Source: Sedimentisphaerales bacterium (lineage in GTDB: Bacteria; Planctomycetota; Phycisphaerae; Sedimentisphaerales; SM23-30). Taken from it: a stretch of DNA of 64,000 nucleotides. Position numbers and translations under genes: made by a program. The stretch lies in the NCBI GenBank assembly GCA_963663805.2, contig CAXXMR010000009.1, forward strand, positions 32,001 to 96,000, read 5' to 3'. The notes beneath the pieces are model-generated. The model did not search any database. It saw nothing but the letters and a program-made list of their open reading frames with translations, and was not told the origin of the DNA. Below, piece by piece: positions 53,073 through 62,779 of the stretch. Numbering within the stretch: position 1 is the stretch's first letter; each line of letters opens with the position of its first letter.

Positions 53073-54674
53073 ATGCGAAATCTGAATATGGTTATACTGT
53101 TGGTTTTGTTAATAGCATTAGCATCTTACGCGCAGGAGAGGCCGCGGGCGGATTTTCAGGTATTGAACAGCAATGATTTTACGCATATCACCAGTTGCAA
53201 AAGCCCTTACAATCCGCAGGGGGGTGGTTTTCAGGAGTCTATGCTGGCAGAAAGTGTCAGGGAGTTTTTCGGTGTGGGGGTTGATGTTCATATGCTCCAG
53301 CCAGCCCACTCGTGGGTACCGTGGTGGCAGAGCAAAATTTACCCGATGGCGGAACACCTCAGGTGGTGGGAAAGCTATTTTGGGGTCAAGCCCGATAAAA
53401 TGTCGGTGCATAACTATATTCTGGCTGGTGGTGACCCACTAAAAGTGTTTGTCGAACAATGCCGCAAGACCAATCAGCAGGCTTTTATTTCGTTTCGTAT
53501 GAACGATATTCATCATCTTGCCAAAGTGGTGGAAAAAGGCAACTCTAAATGTCCGCACGCGATTTGCAGGTTTTACGCTGAGCATCCCGAATATCGGCTG
53601 GGCGAAGACAAGGACCATTGGATAAGCTGGTTCAAATGGCTGCAAAACTGGACGATTCCGGAAGTGCGTGATTATAAATTCAGGTTAATTGAGGAAATAT
53701 GTCTGAACTATGACATTGACGGCTTTGAGTTGGATTTTATGCGGGCACCGGGGCTTTTCATTCAGTCGCAAACTACCTCGGAACAGCGTCAAAAGATAAT
53801 AACGGATTTTGTACGGCAGGTTCGCGAAGCTCTTGATAAAGGTGCCCGGCCGGGCCAGTATCGCTGGCTAAGTGTGCGTATGCCTAACCATTCGGACAAA
53901 TTTGACGCGATAGGCTTTGATTTGCCGGAGTTGCATAAGGCCGGTGTGGATATGTTTGTCTTGTCGGGTTCGTATTATATCCAGCAGCAAAACGGTCTGC
54001 GTGAAGTTGTCAAGATGGTGCCGCAGGCAGCGGTGTATAACGAAATCGATTATGTGACCAGAAATTATATTGTCTGGAAAAACGGTGTTCGCACGGATTA
54101 TTACCGCTATGCCACCAAAGAACAACTCTGGACTACGGCATATCTGACCTACAAACAAGGAGGGGCGGGAGTTTACGCGTTTAATTTTGTATATTATCGT
54201 TTTCTCGGTGTAGAACCACCGTTCGAGATATTCAAAGAATTAAGTGATCCGGAGATTCTGGCCAACCTGCCGCAGCATTATGTTTATACCGATGGGTGGC
54301 AGCCCGGAGCTCAGATTCTACTACCCAAAACATTGGGAACACGGTCGCCTTTTAAGATTGATTTGTTTATGGCTCAGCCGCGTGGTGGATGGAAGTCGCC
54401 GGGCAAATTGCGAATTCAGACTCAAAGCGGTGATTTTGAACAAACCAAAGTCAAGGTGCTTATCAACGATATGGAGCTGGTTCCGACAGAAGATATTTCG
54501 GAATATTATCCCAACCCGTATGAAATTCAGGGGCCTCTGGCACATACGGCGGATAACACCTTTGCTTATATTGTGCCGACGGAGATATTGCTTGAGGGAG
54601 ATAACAAGGTCGTATTTAAGATGCTAAGAGGCAAGGATGTGAAAATCGGGTATATTGATCTGGCGATTAAATAG
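53073..54674 (+). CDS. Secreted GHL10-like TIM-barrel putative glycoside hydrolase
   Basis: GGAGA RBS, signal peptide, WVPWWQS, YDIDGFELDFMR. Confidence 0.7.
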   Translation: MRNLNMVILLVLLIALASYAQERPRADFQVLNSNDFTHITSCKSPYNPQGGGFQESMLAESVREFFGVGVDVHMLQPAHSWVPWWQSKIYPMAEHLRWWESYFGVKPDKMSVHNYILAGGDPLKVFVEQCRKTNQQAFISFRMNDIHHLAKVVEKGNSKCPHAICRFYAEHPEYRLGEDKDHWISWFKWLQNWTIPEVRDYKFRLIEEICLNYDIDGFELDFMRAPGLFIQSQTTSEQRQKIITDFVRQVREALDKGARPGQYRWLSVRMPNHSDKFDAIGFDLPELHKAGVDMFVLSGSYYIQQQNGLREVVKMVPQAAVYNEIDYVTRNYIVWKNGVRTDYYRYATKEQLWTTAYLTYKQGGAGVYAFNFVYYRFLGVEPPFEIFKELSDPEILANLPQHYVYTDGWQPGAQILLPKTLGTRSPFKIDLFMAQPRGGWKSPGKLRIQTQSGDFEQTKVKVLINDMELVPTEDISEYYPNPYEIQGPLAHTADNTFAYIVPTEILLEGDNKVVFKMLRGKDVKIGYIDLAIK

Positions 54675-54712
54675 TTTGATGATTCGGATACTGTGACAAA
54701 GAGGTAATTACG

Positions 54713-56356
54713 ATGGTTTCAAGTAAAATTTGTTTAGCTTTGGCGGTGATGGTTGTTTTGATCGGCATGACAAATGCAGCCGACGACGCGGTTCGTGAGG
54801 TGCCTTTTAAGGTGCTGTATAATCATGACGGAACGTATATGCTCACTTGCACTCATCCCTGGCGTGGTGCGAATGAACCGTTCATTGAACAGATTTTGAT
54901 TGACTCCGTAAAAGAATTGGCCGGTGTCGGCATTGATGCGGTGGCCTTCAATCCCGGCAATGGTTCGATCCCCTGGTGGCAGAGCGATGTCTATCCAGAC
55001 CATTGGCAATGGTACACTCAGCGTACCGGCAGAAAACCCAGCTCCTGGGGGCAATATGTAATGGACGGCGGAGACATGGTAAAGGTTTTTGTCGATACCT
55101 GTCATCAGAATGAGATGCTTGCTTTCATTACCTTACGACTGAAAGATGAGCACGGTATCACCAAACTGGATAATGAATGGGTTTCAAAATTCTTTTACGA
55201 GCATCAGCGCTGGCGACTTGACCCCAGCCCGGAAGCACCTTTTGGAGTGCGGGGACTGAACTGGATTTTTCCGGAAGTGCCGCAGGAGCGTTTGCGGATA
55301 ATTGAGGAATTGGCCGGCAAATATGATATTGACGGCTTTGAGCTGGATTTCATGCGTTTCCCGCCTTTTTTTCTGATTGATCAGACCGGTTATGCCCAGA
55401 GACGTGATGTAATGAACAGTTTTATTCGCCGAACACGGGAAATTCTGGACCAAACCAGTAAACCAGACCAACGCCGTTATTTGAGTATCCGTGTGCCCAA
55501 CCGTTTTCAGGAATATAAAAATCTGGGAATCGACCTGGGCTATCTGGATAGTACCGGCTGGGTGGATATAATCAATATGTCGCCTTCTTATGTTTCTCAG
55601 GTGGAAAGCGATATCGATATGCTGCGGGCCTGGGCACCTCATACCGCGATTTTTTACGAAATGACCCATTGTTCCGCCCGCGGTAAAGATCCCACCTGGG
55701 GGCGTCCGGTGGGCCATGGTGATGGTTATCCCGCGCGATTCACCACGGTCCAGAAATATTATACGATGGCTAATCTGGCCTATCAGCGTGGGGCGGATGG
55801 AATGAGTCTGTTCAACTTTATCTACACCCGGCCGGGTAAAGATGGCGGACAGCTTCACGGGGGCAAATATACGCCGGGCGACCCACCGTTTGGTATGATT
55901 AAAAATTTACATAAAAAAGAATGGCTTGTTGAACAGGCCCAGAATTACTGGATTCCTCACTGGTGGGAAACCGGCTACAATGGCAGGCAGTTTCAATTGC
56001 CGCAAAGTTTTGTAGTTAATACCGAGCACGTCGTGAAGCTGGACTTGGCTTTACCAAAACAGGGAGTTGCTTCGGCCCGTCTGCGGCTGGAACATACCGA
56101 TACCGCTCTGGGACTAAAGTGGAAAGCCTGGATTAACGGCGCTGAATTACTGCCCTGTGAGGAAGTCGCTGAGCCGTTTGAGGATGTTTATGGCGGTTTT
56201 CTGGGATTACCCGAACACTATGCTGCCTGGGATTGCCCGCCAGACATTCTGAAAAATGGCTATAATCAGATTAAGTTCAAACTGTGTGAAGGACCGGTCA
56301 GCGAAGAATTTTCTACGGAGATAATTTATGTTGACCTGGCAGTTTGGCCGCGATAA
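54713..56356 (+). CDS. Secreted GHL10-like TIM-barrel putative glycoside hydrolase
   Basis: PFKVLYNHD, PWWQS, YDIDGFELDFMR, GMSLFNF. Confidence 0.7.
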   Translation: MVSSKICLALAVMVVLIGMTNAADDAVREVPFKVLYNHDGTYMLTCTHPWRGANEPFIEQILIDSVKELAGVGIDAVAFNPGNGSIPWWQSDVYPDHWQWYTQRTGRKPSSWGQYVMDGGDMVKVFVDTCHQNEMLAFITLRLKDEHGITKLDNEWVSKFFYEHQRWRLDPSPEAPFGVRGLNWIFPEVPQERLRIIEELAGKYDIDGFELDFMRFPPFFLIDQTGYAQRRDVMNSFIRRTREILDQTSKPDQRRYLSIRVPNRFQEYKNLGIDLGYLDSTGWVDIINMSPSYVSQVESDIDMLRAWAPHTAIFYEMTHCSARGKDPTWGRPVGHGDGYPARFTTVQKYYTMANLAYQRGADGMSLFNFIYTRPGKDGGQLHGGKYTPGDPPFGMIKNLHKKEWLVEQAQNYWIPHWWETGYNGRQFQLPQSFVVNTEHVVKLDLALPKQGVASARLRLEHTDTALGLKWKAWINGAELLPCEEVAEPFEDVYGGFLGLPEHYAAWDCPPDILKNGYNQIKFKLCEGPVSEEFSTEIIYVDLAVWPR

Positions 56357-56416
56357 CGTGCGAACGAGTAACGGACAAACAGTATCAGTATGCGGCCAAG
56401 TGTCATTGAGGATTAT

Positions 56417-57526
56417 ATGAATTCACGAGAAAGACTTCTGACGGCGTTAAATAACCAAAAACCAGACCGGCTGCCCTGTCAGGTGCATAGCTGGATGCCT
56501 TATTATCTGAAGAATTACCTGGACGGTATTGACCAGTGGGAGGCGTATGAGAGGTTCGGGTTTGATTTTGTAATATACAATGGTATAAGACATATTTTCG
56601 ACCCGGCGGTCGAGGCGAACTGGCAGCAGGAGAAGGTGGCTGAACATGTTGATTCTTCCGGTGTGCAACATACGGAATATGTAATCAAAACTCCCGTTGG
56701 TAAACTTCAGCTCAGGCAGGGCGCAAATGAATATACTATATTTGATACGGAACATCTCATTAAGGGCAAGGATGATTTCGAGATTTTCGCTAAATACTGG
56801 CCTGTGCCAAGTGAGATAGATTATTCGAATATTATCGCTGATAAAGAGCGGCTGGGCGATAAGGGGATAATGCGAACTTACGGTATCAATTATTTCTATG
56901 GTCAGATCAGCCCGTGGCAGAGTTTGTGTTATCTGATGGGGACCGAGCAGGCGATTATGGCAGCGATGGATGATTCGGGCTGGCTTCATTATGCTTTGGA
57001 GGTGCTGTTGGATAAGGCCCTGAAGGTAATTACGATAAGTAAAGGCTGTCCGGTTGATTTAATCGAAATCGGTGGCGGAGCGGCATCAAATACGGTTATC
57101 AGCCCCGCGATGTTTGAGGAGTTCTGCCTGCCCTACGATAAAAAGCAGATAGAGGCCATACATGGTATCGGCGGCAAGGTTGTATACCATCTTTGCGGCG
57201 GATTGATGAAGATGGGTGATATGGTAATCGAAAGCGGCGCTGACGCTCTGGAGACCATGACACCAATATCGATGGGCGGTGATTGCGACTTGGCTTTGGC
57301 CTCGCAGAAGTGGGGTTCGAAATTGTGCTTCATTGGTGGGTTCGATCAGAACGTCGGATTCGAGAACGGCACACCCGACGACGCCCGCCGGATTGTACGG
57401 GAATGTTTCGAGGCGACAGAGGACCACGGCGGGTATATCATCTCACCCAGCGATCATTTTTTCCACGGCGACCCGGCAAATCTCCAGGCGTTTGTGAATG
57501 AAGCGAAGAATTGTGTGTATGGGTAA
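56417..57526 (+). CDS. Uroporphyrinogen decarboxylase / MtaA-CmuA family protein
   Basis: MNSRERLL..., ISPAMFEEFCLPY, YHLCG, GGFDQ. Confidence 0.85.
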   Translation: MNSRERLLTALNNQKPDRLPCQVHSWMPYYLKNYLDGIDQWEAYERFGFDFVIYNGIRHIFDPAVEANWQQEKVAEHVDSSGVQHTEYVIKTPVGKLQLRQGANEYTIFDTEHLIKGKDDFEIFAKYWPVPSEIDYSNIIADKERLGDKGIMRTYGINYFYGQISPWQSLCYLMGTEQAIMAAMDDSGWLHYALEVLLDKALKVITISKGCPVDLIEIGGGAASNTVISPAMFEEFCLPYDKKQIEAIHGIGGKVVYHLCGGLMKMGDMVIESGADALETMTPISMGGDCDLALASQKWGSKLCFIGGFDQNVGFENGTPDDARRIVRECFEATEDHGGYIISPSDHFFHGDPANLQAFVNEAKNCVYG

Positions 57527-57612
57527 TAAAGTAAACGGAGGAGGCGAGATTAACTCTGCGGCGTTTTTAGCGTCAAAACAGCTTCCTCCGAAACATCTTA
57601 CTTTGGAATTGC

Positions 57613-59202
57613 GTAACATTTTAGCCAAGTGAAGCAAATTCTATAGCTTTTGGGTTGGCTTGTGCAAAAAAAAGACAAAAAAACTTCAAAATGTTAAGAT
57701 GGGTAATTTGCGCTATTGCGTGTAATGGTTTATAGTTTCAGCATGATGAAGCCGAATGCTGAACAGGCTATCGCCGACCTGGCCTTAGAGCAGGAATTGA
57801 CTGCGGAGCAGGCTGAGCTTATTTACGAGCAAGGCAGAGAGGCGGTGGTTTTTGTTTTGCTGAGACTGTCGAAACTGGCAGCGGAAAAAACACAAGGTAC
57901 GTTAGTTGCCGGCAGTCCGGCTGATCCTTCGTGTCCCTCAGGTCAGAAGCCGGTTTTTGTCAAGCCGAACAAAACAGATAAAAAACGCGGCAAAAAGTTT
58001 GGCCGTAAAAAAGGGCATCAAGGTACTCGCCGCAATCTGCCGACCCAAATAGACCGTACCGAAGAACATCGCGCTTCATGTTGTCCGGACTGCGGCGGCG
58101 AACTGAAAAAATGTTCCGGCACACGTGAACGAATCATCGAAGACATCCCGGAAGATGTTCGCGTTGAGACGGTAAAGCATGTTATTCATCGCGACTGGTG
58201 TCCGAACTGTCGCAAGGCGGTTGAGCCGATCGTAACCGATGCTCTGCCAAAATCATCTATTGGCAATGGTATTGTGGTTTTGTGTGCCTGGCTCCACTTT
58301 GCGTTGGGCAATACGATAGCGCAGATCCTGGAGGTGTTTAATTTTCATCTCCGGTTTAAGATGTCGCCGGGCGGATTAGTCCAGATGTGGCATCGTTTAG
58401 CGGATATACTCCTGGCCTGGTACGAAGAAATAATCGAGGACATTCAAAAAGCCGGTGTCCTGCACGGCGATGAGACCGGCTGGCGGGTAAACGGTAAAAC
58501 GCATTGGTTATGGTGCTTTACCAGCCATCAAGCCACGATTTTTACGGTCGAGCAGTCGCGGGCCGGGCCGGTGGTTTTGGAATTTATCAAAGAATGTTTC
58601 AACGGCGTGTTCGTAAGTGACTTCTGGTATGCTTACAATGTATTGTCATGCGCCAAACAAAAGTGCCTGGTTCACTTACTGCGTGATTTGGAGCGAGTCT
58701 GGAAAGCCAAAGACCACAGCGGCGATTGGCCGAGGTTCTCCAAAAAACTCAAACGATTAATTCGCGACGCGATACGCCTGCGTAAACGCATCGATGAACT
58801 GGATGCGACGGTTTACCAGCGGCGCTGCCAACGAATCGAAAAACGCTTGGATCTTATTATCGCGCATGAGTGGTCGAACAAGGAAGCTCAGCGGTTGATT
58901 AAGCGTTTGAAACGCCATCATGATGAGCTGTTCACTTTTCTGAGCAATCGCGAGGTGCCGTTCGATAATAATTTTGGCGAACGCAGCATTCGCGGCGCGG
59001 TGATCATGCGAAAGAACAGCTATAACAACCGCAGCGACCGTGGAGCCCGAACGCAATCGGTGCTGATGAGCGTGTTTTTTACCCTGAAACAACGCGGCCT
59101 AAACCCGGTTGCTACCATCAAAAAAGCCCTGCGAACATACATCAAAACCGGCAAATTGCCAAAACTCGCGGAGTTCTCTGCTTCACTTGGCTAAAGTGTT
59201 AC
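57613..59202 (+). mobile_element. IS66-family insertion sequence, single-ORF (ISBst12-like), 1590 bp
   Basis: 24-bp IRs starting GTAAC; perfect 8-bp TSD GGAATTGC at 57605-57612 and 59203-59210. Confidence 0.96.
57743..59194 (+). CDS. IS66-family transposase (TnpC-like)
   Basis: CPDCG/CPNC zinc finger, GDETGW, VSDF, QKCLVHLLR, NNFGERSIR. Confidence 0.95.
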   Translation: MMKPNAEQAIADLALEQELTAEQAELIYEQGREAVVFVLLRLSKLAAEKTQGTLVAGSPADPSCPSGQKPVFVKPNKTDKKRGKKFGRKKGHQGTRRNLPTQIDRTEEHRASCCPDCGGELKKCSGTRERIIEDIPEDVRVETVKHVIHRDWCPNCRKAVEPIVTDALPKSSIGNGIVVLCAWLHFALGNTIAQILEVFNFHLRFKMSPGGLVQMWHRLADILLAWYEEIIEDIQKAGVLHGDETGWRVNGKTHWLWCFTSHQATIFTVEQSRAGPVVLEFIKECFNGVFVSDFWYAYNVLSCAKQKCLVHLLRDLERVWKAKDHSGDWPRFSKKLKRLIRDAIRLRKRIDELDATVYQRRCQRIEKRLDLIIAHEWSNKEAQRLIKRLKRHHDELFTFLSNREVPFDNNFGERSIRGAVIMRKNSYNNRSDRGARTQSVLMSVFFTLKQRGLNPVATIKKALRTYIKTGKLPKLAEFSASLG

Positions 59203-59209
59203 GGAATTG

Positions 59210-60949
59210 CTAAAAAGATTGAGGCCATTGGCCGTCCTGTAAGTCCCGGAGGATTAGTTTTTGGGGGTCTATTGAGGCCCATTTGATGCGTAGTCGTTTC
59301 CAGGTGTAGCTGACCTGTACGATTCCGTTTTGGTCCTGGATGACGGCGGGGTAGGAATATTCGCCGGGCTCATCTTCGAGTATTAGGGCGGCTTGCCAGT
59401 TTACACCATCTTTACTGACGGCGACGTTGAGGGGTGATCGCGGGCCGGACCAGCGTCCTTCGGGGATGGTGGTGTGGTTGTAGACGAGCAGGAAGCGGCC
59501 GTCTTGCAGGGTGACGGCATCGAGGCCGGAGTTATTGTTGGGCATATTGGAAAACGCCAGCGGCGACCAGCTCTGACCGTGGTCGCGGGAGAATGACTGG
59601 GCGATTTTATTTTCGCGGGTGCGGAACAGGGCTTGCAGGGACTGGTCCGGGTGAGTTAGGATTGTGGGCTGGATAACAAAGAAGAGATTGTCCGGGTTGG
59701 GGATATTAACTGTTTGCCAGGTATCGCCGAGGTCGGGGGTTATCTCCATTTTCTCGCCGCCGGAAGGACAGATTAAGGAGCCGTCGGGCAATTCGAGTGG
59801 TTTGTTCTTGCTGGGGCCATGGAGTCCGGGGTGGTAGTATTTAACTTTGGACCAGGTTTGGCCGTCATCGTCGGAGGTGAGCAGACGGCATTCCATTTCT
59901 TCGAGCCAGCCTTCCTTGTAGAAGCAGAGCAGCTTGCCGGATGAGTGTTTGAATAGTACGGGGTTGAAAAGGGTGATGTGGGCGACCTGATTGTACTGGG
60001 GGGAACGGACCAGGGCGCGGGGCTGGGACCATTTTTGGCCGTCGAAGGTTGAGAAATATATGGCGACGTCGGTGTGGCCTTCGTGGGTACCGCCGAACCA
60101 GGCGGCGGCGAGTTTGTTGTTGCCGAGGGAGACAATCGATGAGGAATGGCATTCGGGGGTAGGCGGGGTTTGGTAGATAAATTCACTACGGAGCAGGCCG
60201 GGCTGGTTGAGCAGGTGTTCGCCGGTGGCTTTGACGGGTTCGGGGTCGCATTTGCCGGAGATGTTGAGCAGTTCAGGGCGGTTGGTGGAGATGGCTAGAG
60301 ATTTGATCTGGCCGTCGAAGTATTGGCCGTAGTTTCCTTCAGCGCGATAGAGGCCGCCGATAGTTAGCGGGGCGTCGGAGTTGGTGAGGTTTGACACCTG
60401 TAGATTTCCGCCCCAGGCGATATAACCGTCGATATGTATCTGGCCGTTATAGTATTCGTAGCGGCTGTCCCAGGTGGCGGTGACTTTGTGCCATTTTCCG
60501 GGTTCGATGGTTTTGCGGGAAATAACTTTGCCGAGCTTGCCTTCACGGCTGCAAACGTAGAAGCCGATGCGGCCGCGTTTGTCCATGAAAAGCTGATAGC
60601 CCAGGTCTGATGAGCCTTCGGTTTTGCGGACGAGCTGGCATTGCTGGATAGTGTCAGTTTTGAATTCGATCTCGATGGTAAGTGATTTAAGGCCGTCGCC
60701 GTTGTTGTTGTGGCCGGTGAGGATGTTGTTGTCCGGGACAATGAGCATGTTATCTTTAAGAGTAAGGGAATCGGCAGTTTGTTCTTCCGGTGAGAGCAGA
60801 CTTGTGGCAAGGCCGTTGGTCTTGTCGAGCCAGACGCCGGGCTTTGGGGCGGGTTCGGTAAAGTTCCAGCGGGCGAGGTCACGGGCGAAAAGCTGATTGG
60901 TAAAAGTAATCAAAACTGACGCAATGATGATTATTGTTCTGGGTGACAT
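59210..60949 (-). CDS. Secreted LamG plus BNR-repeat sialidase-like protein
   Basis: Asp-boxes SDDDGQTW, SRDHGQSW, SKDGVNW; EYSYP. Confidence 0.82.
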   Translation of the reverse strand: MSPRTIIIIASVLITFTNQLFARDLARWNFTEPAPKPGVWLDKTNGLATSLLSPEEQTADSLTLKDNMLIVPDNNILTGHNNNGDGLKSLTIEIEFKTDTIQQCQLVRKTEGSSDLGYQLFMDKRGRIGFYVCSREGKLGKVISRKTIEPGKWHKVTATWDSRYEYYNGQIHIDGYIAWGGNLQVSNLTNSDAPLTIGGLYRAEGNYGQYFDGQIKSLAISTNRPELLNISGKCDPEPVKATGEHLLNQPGLLRSEFIYQTPPTPECHSSSIVSLGNNKLAAAWFGGTHEGHTDVAIYFSTFDGQKWSQPRALVRSPQYNQVAHITLFNPVLFKHSSGKLLCFYKEGWLEEMECRLLTSDDDGQTWSKVKYYHPGLHGPSKNKPLELPDGSLICPSGGEKMEITPDLGDTWQTVNIPNPDNLFFVIQPTILTHPDQSLQALFRTRENKIAQSFSRDHGQSWSPLAFSNMPNNNSGLDAVTLQDGRFLLVYNHTTIPEGRWSGPRSPLNVAVSKDGVNWQAALILEDEPGEYSYPAVIQDQNGIVQVSYTWKRLRIKWASIDPQKLILRDLQDGQWPQSF

Positions 60950-61020
60950 GGTATGGCCTTTCCAATGTAAAAAAAAGTGTAATACGCGGGGATATTCCGG
61001 GGAAGAAAATATTATCAGGT

Positions 61021-61062
61021 AAAAATAAGTGCCCCCTTCGCGAGTTATTACGAAGGGGGCAC
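61021..61062 (-). terminator. Rho-independent terminator
   Basis: GTGCCCCCTTCG / CGAAGGGGGCAC 12-bp stem followed on the minus strand by TTATTTTT. Confidence 0.8.
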
Positions 61063-61081
61063 GGGTTTTCAATCGGGCAAA

Positions 61082-62719
61082 TTAGAGGGGGAACCAGCCG
61101 TTTAGGAGCCACTGGTCTGACATTTCGGCGAAGTCGTCGAGGTCCACTACGCAATCGTTGGTGAGGTCGGCGGCGGGCTGAGTGATGCAGCGGGTGGGGT
61201 AGAGATTTACATTGTCGATGTAAATCGTACCGGTTCCGTTGGCGGCGGGGCTGTCGGGGTCGCCTACGCCGATGGTCATGGTGTCGATGCTGTCCATGTC
61301 GATGCCGGTGAATTCGGCGAGGTCGATGTTCCATACAGTCCAGTCTTCGATCTGGGTGATGTAGGGGATGTCGCAAACAACCGTGGCGGTGGCGGTGCCA
61401 TCGCTGAGGGTTACATATACCGGTTCATCGGAGTTGGCGGTGCCGCCGTAAACCCACACGCTCATGGCTTCGCCGTTGGTGCAGGTGATTTGGCCGTCGT
61501 AGGGGAACGAGGCTGAAACAGCACTGCTGAGGTAGGGCGATGAGGTATTGTCATAGCTGAGGGCCATTGCGTAACCGCCGCGGGCCGGGTCGGTACTGAC
61601 GGCGATTGAGCCGTTTTCGGCTGCGAACCATTCGGCTTCGAGAGCAGGCTGGTCGGTATATGAGAACCAGAAAACCTGTACATAATCACGAGTTGTGAAG
61701 CTCCAGGTGTCTCCGGTAATGGTTCCGCCGTTCAGCTCGTCAACTCTCCAGTAGTAGGTGGTTTCGAAGTCGAGGCTGGTAAAGCTGTATTCGGGGGTTG
61801 TCAGGCCGGCTTGGGCGAGAGCGAGGTTTTCGGGGTCGGTGCCCATATAGATGTCCCAGGTGTTGGCGGGATTGCCGGGAATCCAGCTTGCTTCGACTAT
61901 AGTGTAGGTTGTAGCCGCGTCGGCGGGCGAGGGAGTGTTGGGTTTGGCGAGGGTGCTGTTGTTGGGTGAGAGTACCCAGGTCCAGGTGCCGTCATAGGTG
62001 ACGAATGGAGTTGTGCTGCCGTTGTCGGTGATTATCATGCCTTCGGTAAAGAGCGGGTCGAGAAGGCTGGTTTCGACATCGCCTTTGACTTTGAGGGCGG
62101 CATCTTCGGTAATGTTGATAATGCCATTGGTTCCGGTAGTCATGGCCAGGCTGTTCAATTCCATTACGCCGTTGCCGGAAATGTTGATGCGGGCGACTTC
62201 GCCGAGGATCGTTGAGGAAGCGGGGAAGACAAAACCGGTTGAGGTGCCGGTGATGTACATTCGGGCATTGTCGGTGATGAAAATGTTAATCAGCGCATTG
62301 TTACGATAGGCAAGTTGAAGCGTGCCGGCCTGGAAATAGGCGTCGCCGGAAAGGTCCATTACGGCACCTTGATTAGGGTCGGCGGCGGTGGTGCTGAAAT
62401 ATCCGACTTGGAAGTAGCCCGAGCAGGTTACTGAGCCGCCGGTCATTTCCAGAGTTGTGGTGGTGTTGTCGAGGCCGCCGGGGACGGAAGTACCGTCGAT
62501 CATGATGGCTCTATTGATGTAGATATCATCGCCGGAGACTACCTGAATGATTTCATGGTCTCCCTGGAGCTTGTGCTGTTCAGTGGTGTCGGGCTGGGAG
62601 CCGCTCCAGTTGTCGGGATTGGTCCAGAGGTCGTCACTGCCTGCTCCCGTCCAAAAGTTAGCGGCCAGTGCCGGGGCGGCCATTAACATAACAGCCATCA
62701 GAATCATCATCTTTTTCAT
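61082..62719 (-). CDS. Secreted multidomain protein (beta-helix-like, FN3-like, CBM-like, dockerin-like tag)
   Basis: Signal peptide, WTNPDNW, TYYWRVDE...WSFTT, IYIDNV, ADLTNDCVVDLDDF. Confidence 0.72.
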   Translation of the reverse strand: MKKMMILMAVMLMAAPALAANFWTGAGSDDLWTNPDNWSGSQPDTTEQHKLQGDHEIIQVVSGDDIYINRAIMIDGTSVPGGLDNTTTTLEMTGGSVTCSGYFQVGYFSTTAADPNQGAVMDLSGDAYFQAGTLQLAYRNNALINIFITDNARMYITGTSTGFVFPASSTILGEVARINISGNGVMELNSLAMTTGTNGIINITEDAALKVKGDVETSLLDPLFTEGMIITDNGSTTPFVTYDGTWTWVLSPNNSTLAKPNTPSPADAATTYTIVEASWIPGNPANTWDIYMGTDPENLALAQAGLTTPEYSFTSLDFETTYYWRVDELNGGTITGDTWSFTTRDYVQVFWFSYTDQPALEAEWFAAENGSIAVSTDPARGGYAMALSYDNTSSPYLSSAVSASFPYDGQITCTNGEAMSVWVYGGTANSDEPVYVTLSDGTATATVVCDIPYITQIEDWTVWNIDLAEFTGIDMDSIDTMTIGVGDPDSPAANGTGTIYIDNVNLYPTRCITQPAADLTNDCVVDLDDFAEMSDQWLLNGWFPL

Positions 62720-62779
62720 AATTTTTCTCCTTAAAAAAAGTTCCATTGTTTATTGAGTAACTTAGCTAAATTACATGTA

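Noticed and set aside
51406..59202. Composite transposon bounded by IS4 and IS66
   Set aside because: The elements are from different families and IS66 has its own TSD, so it inserted independently.
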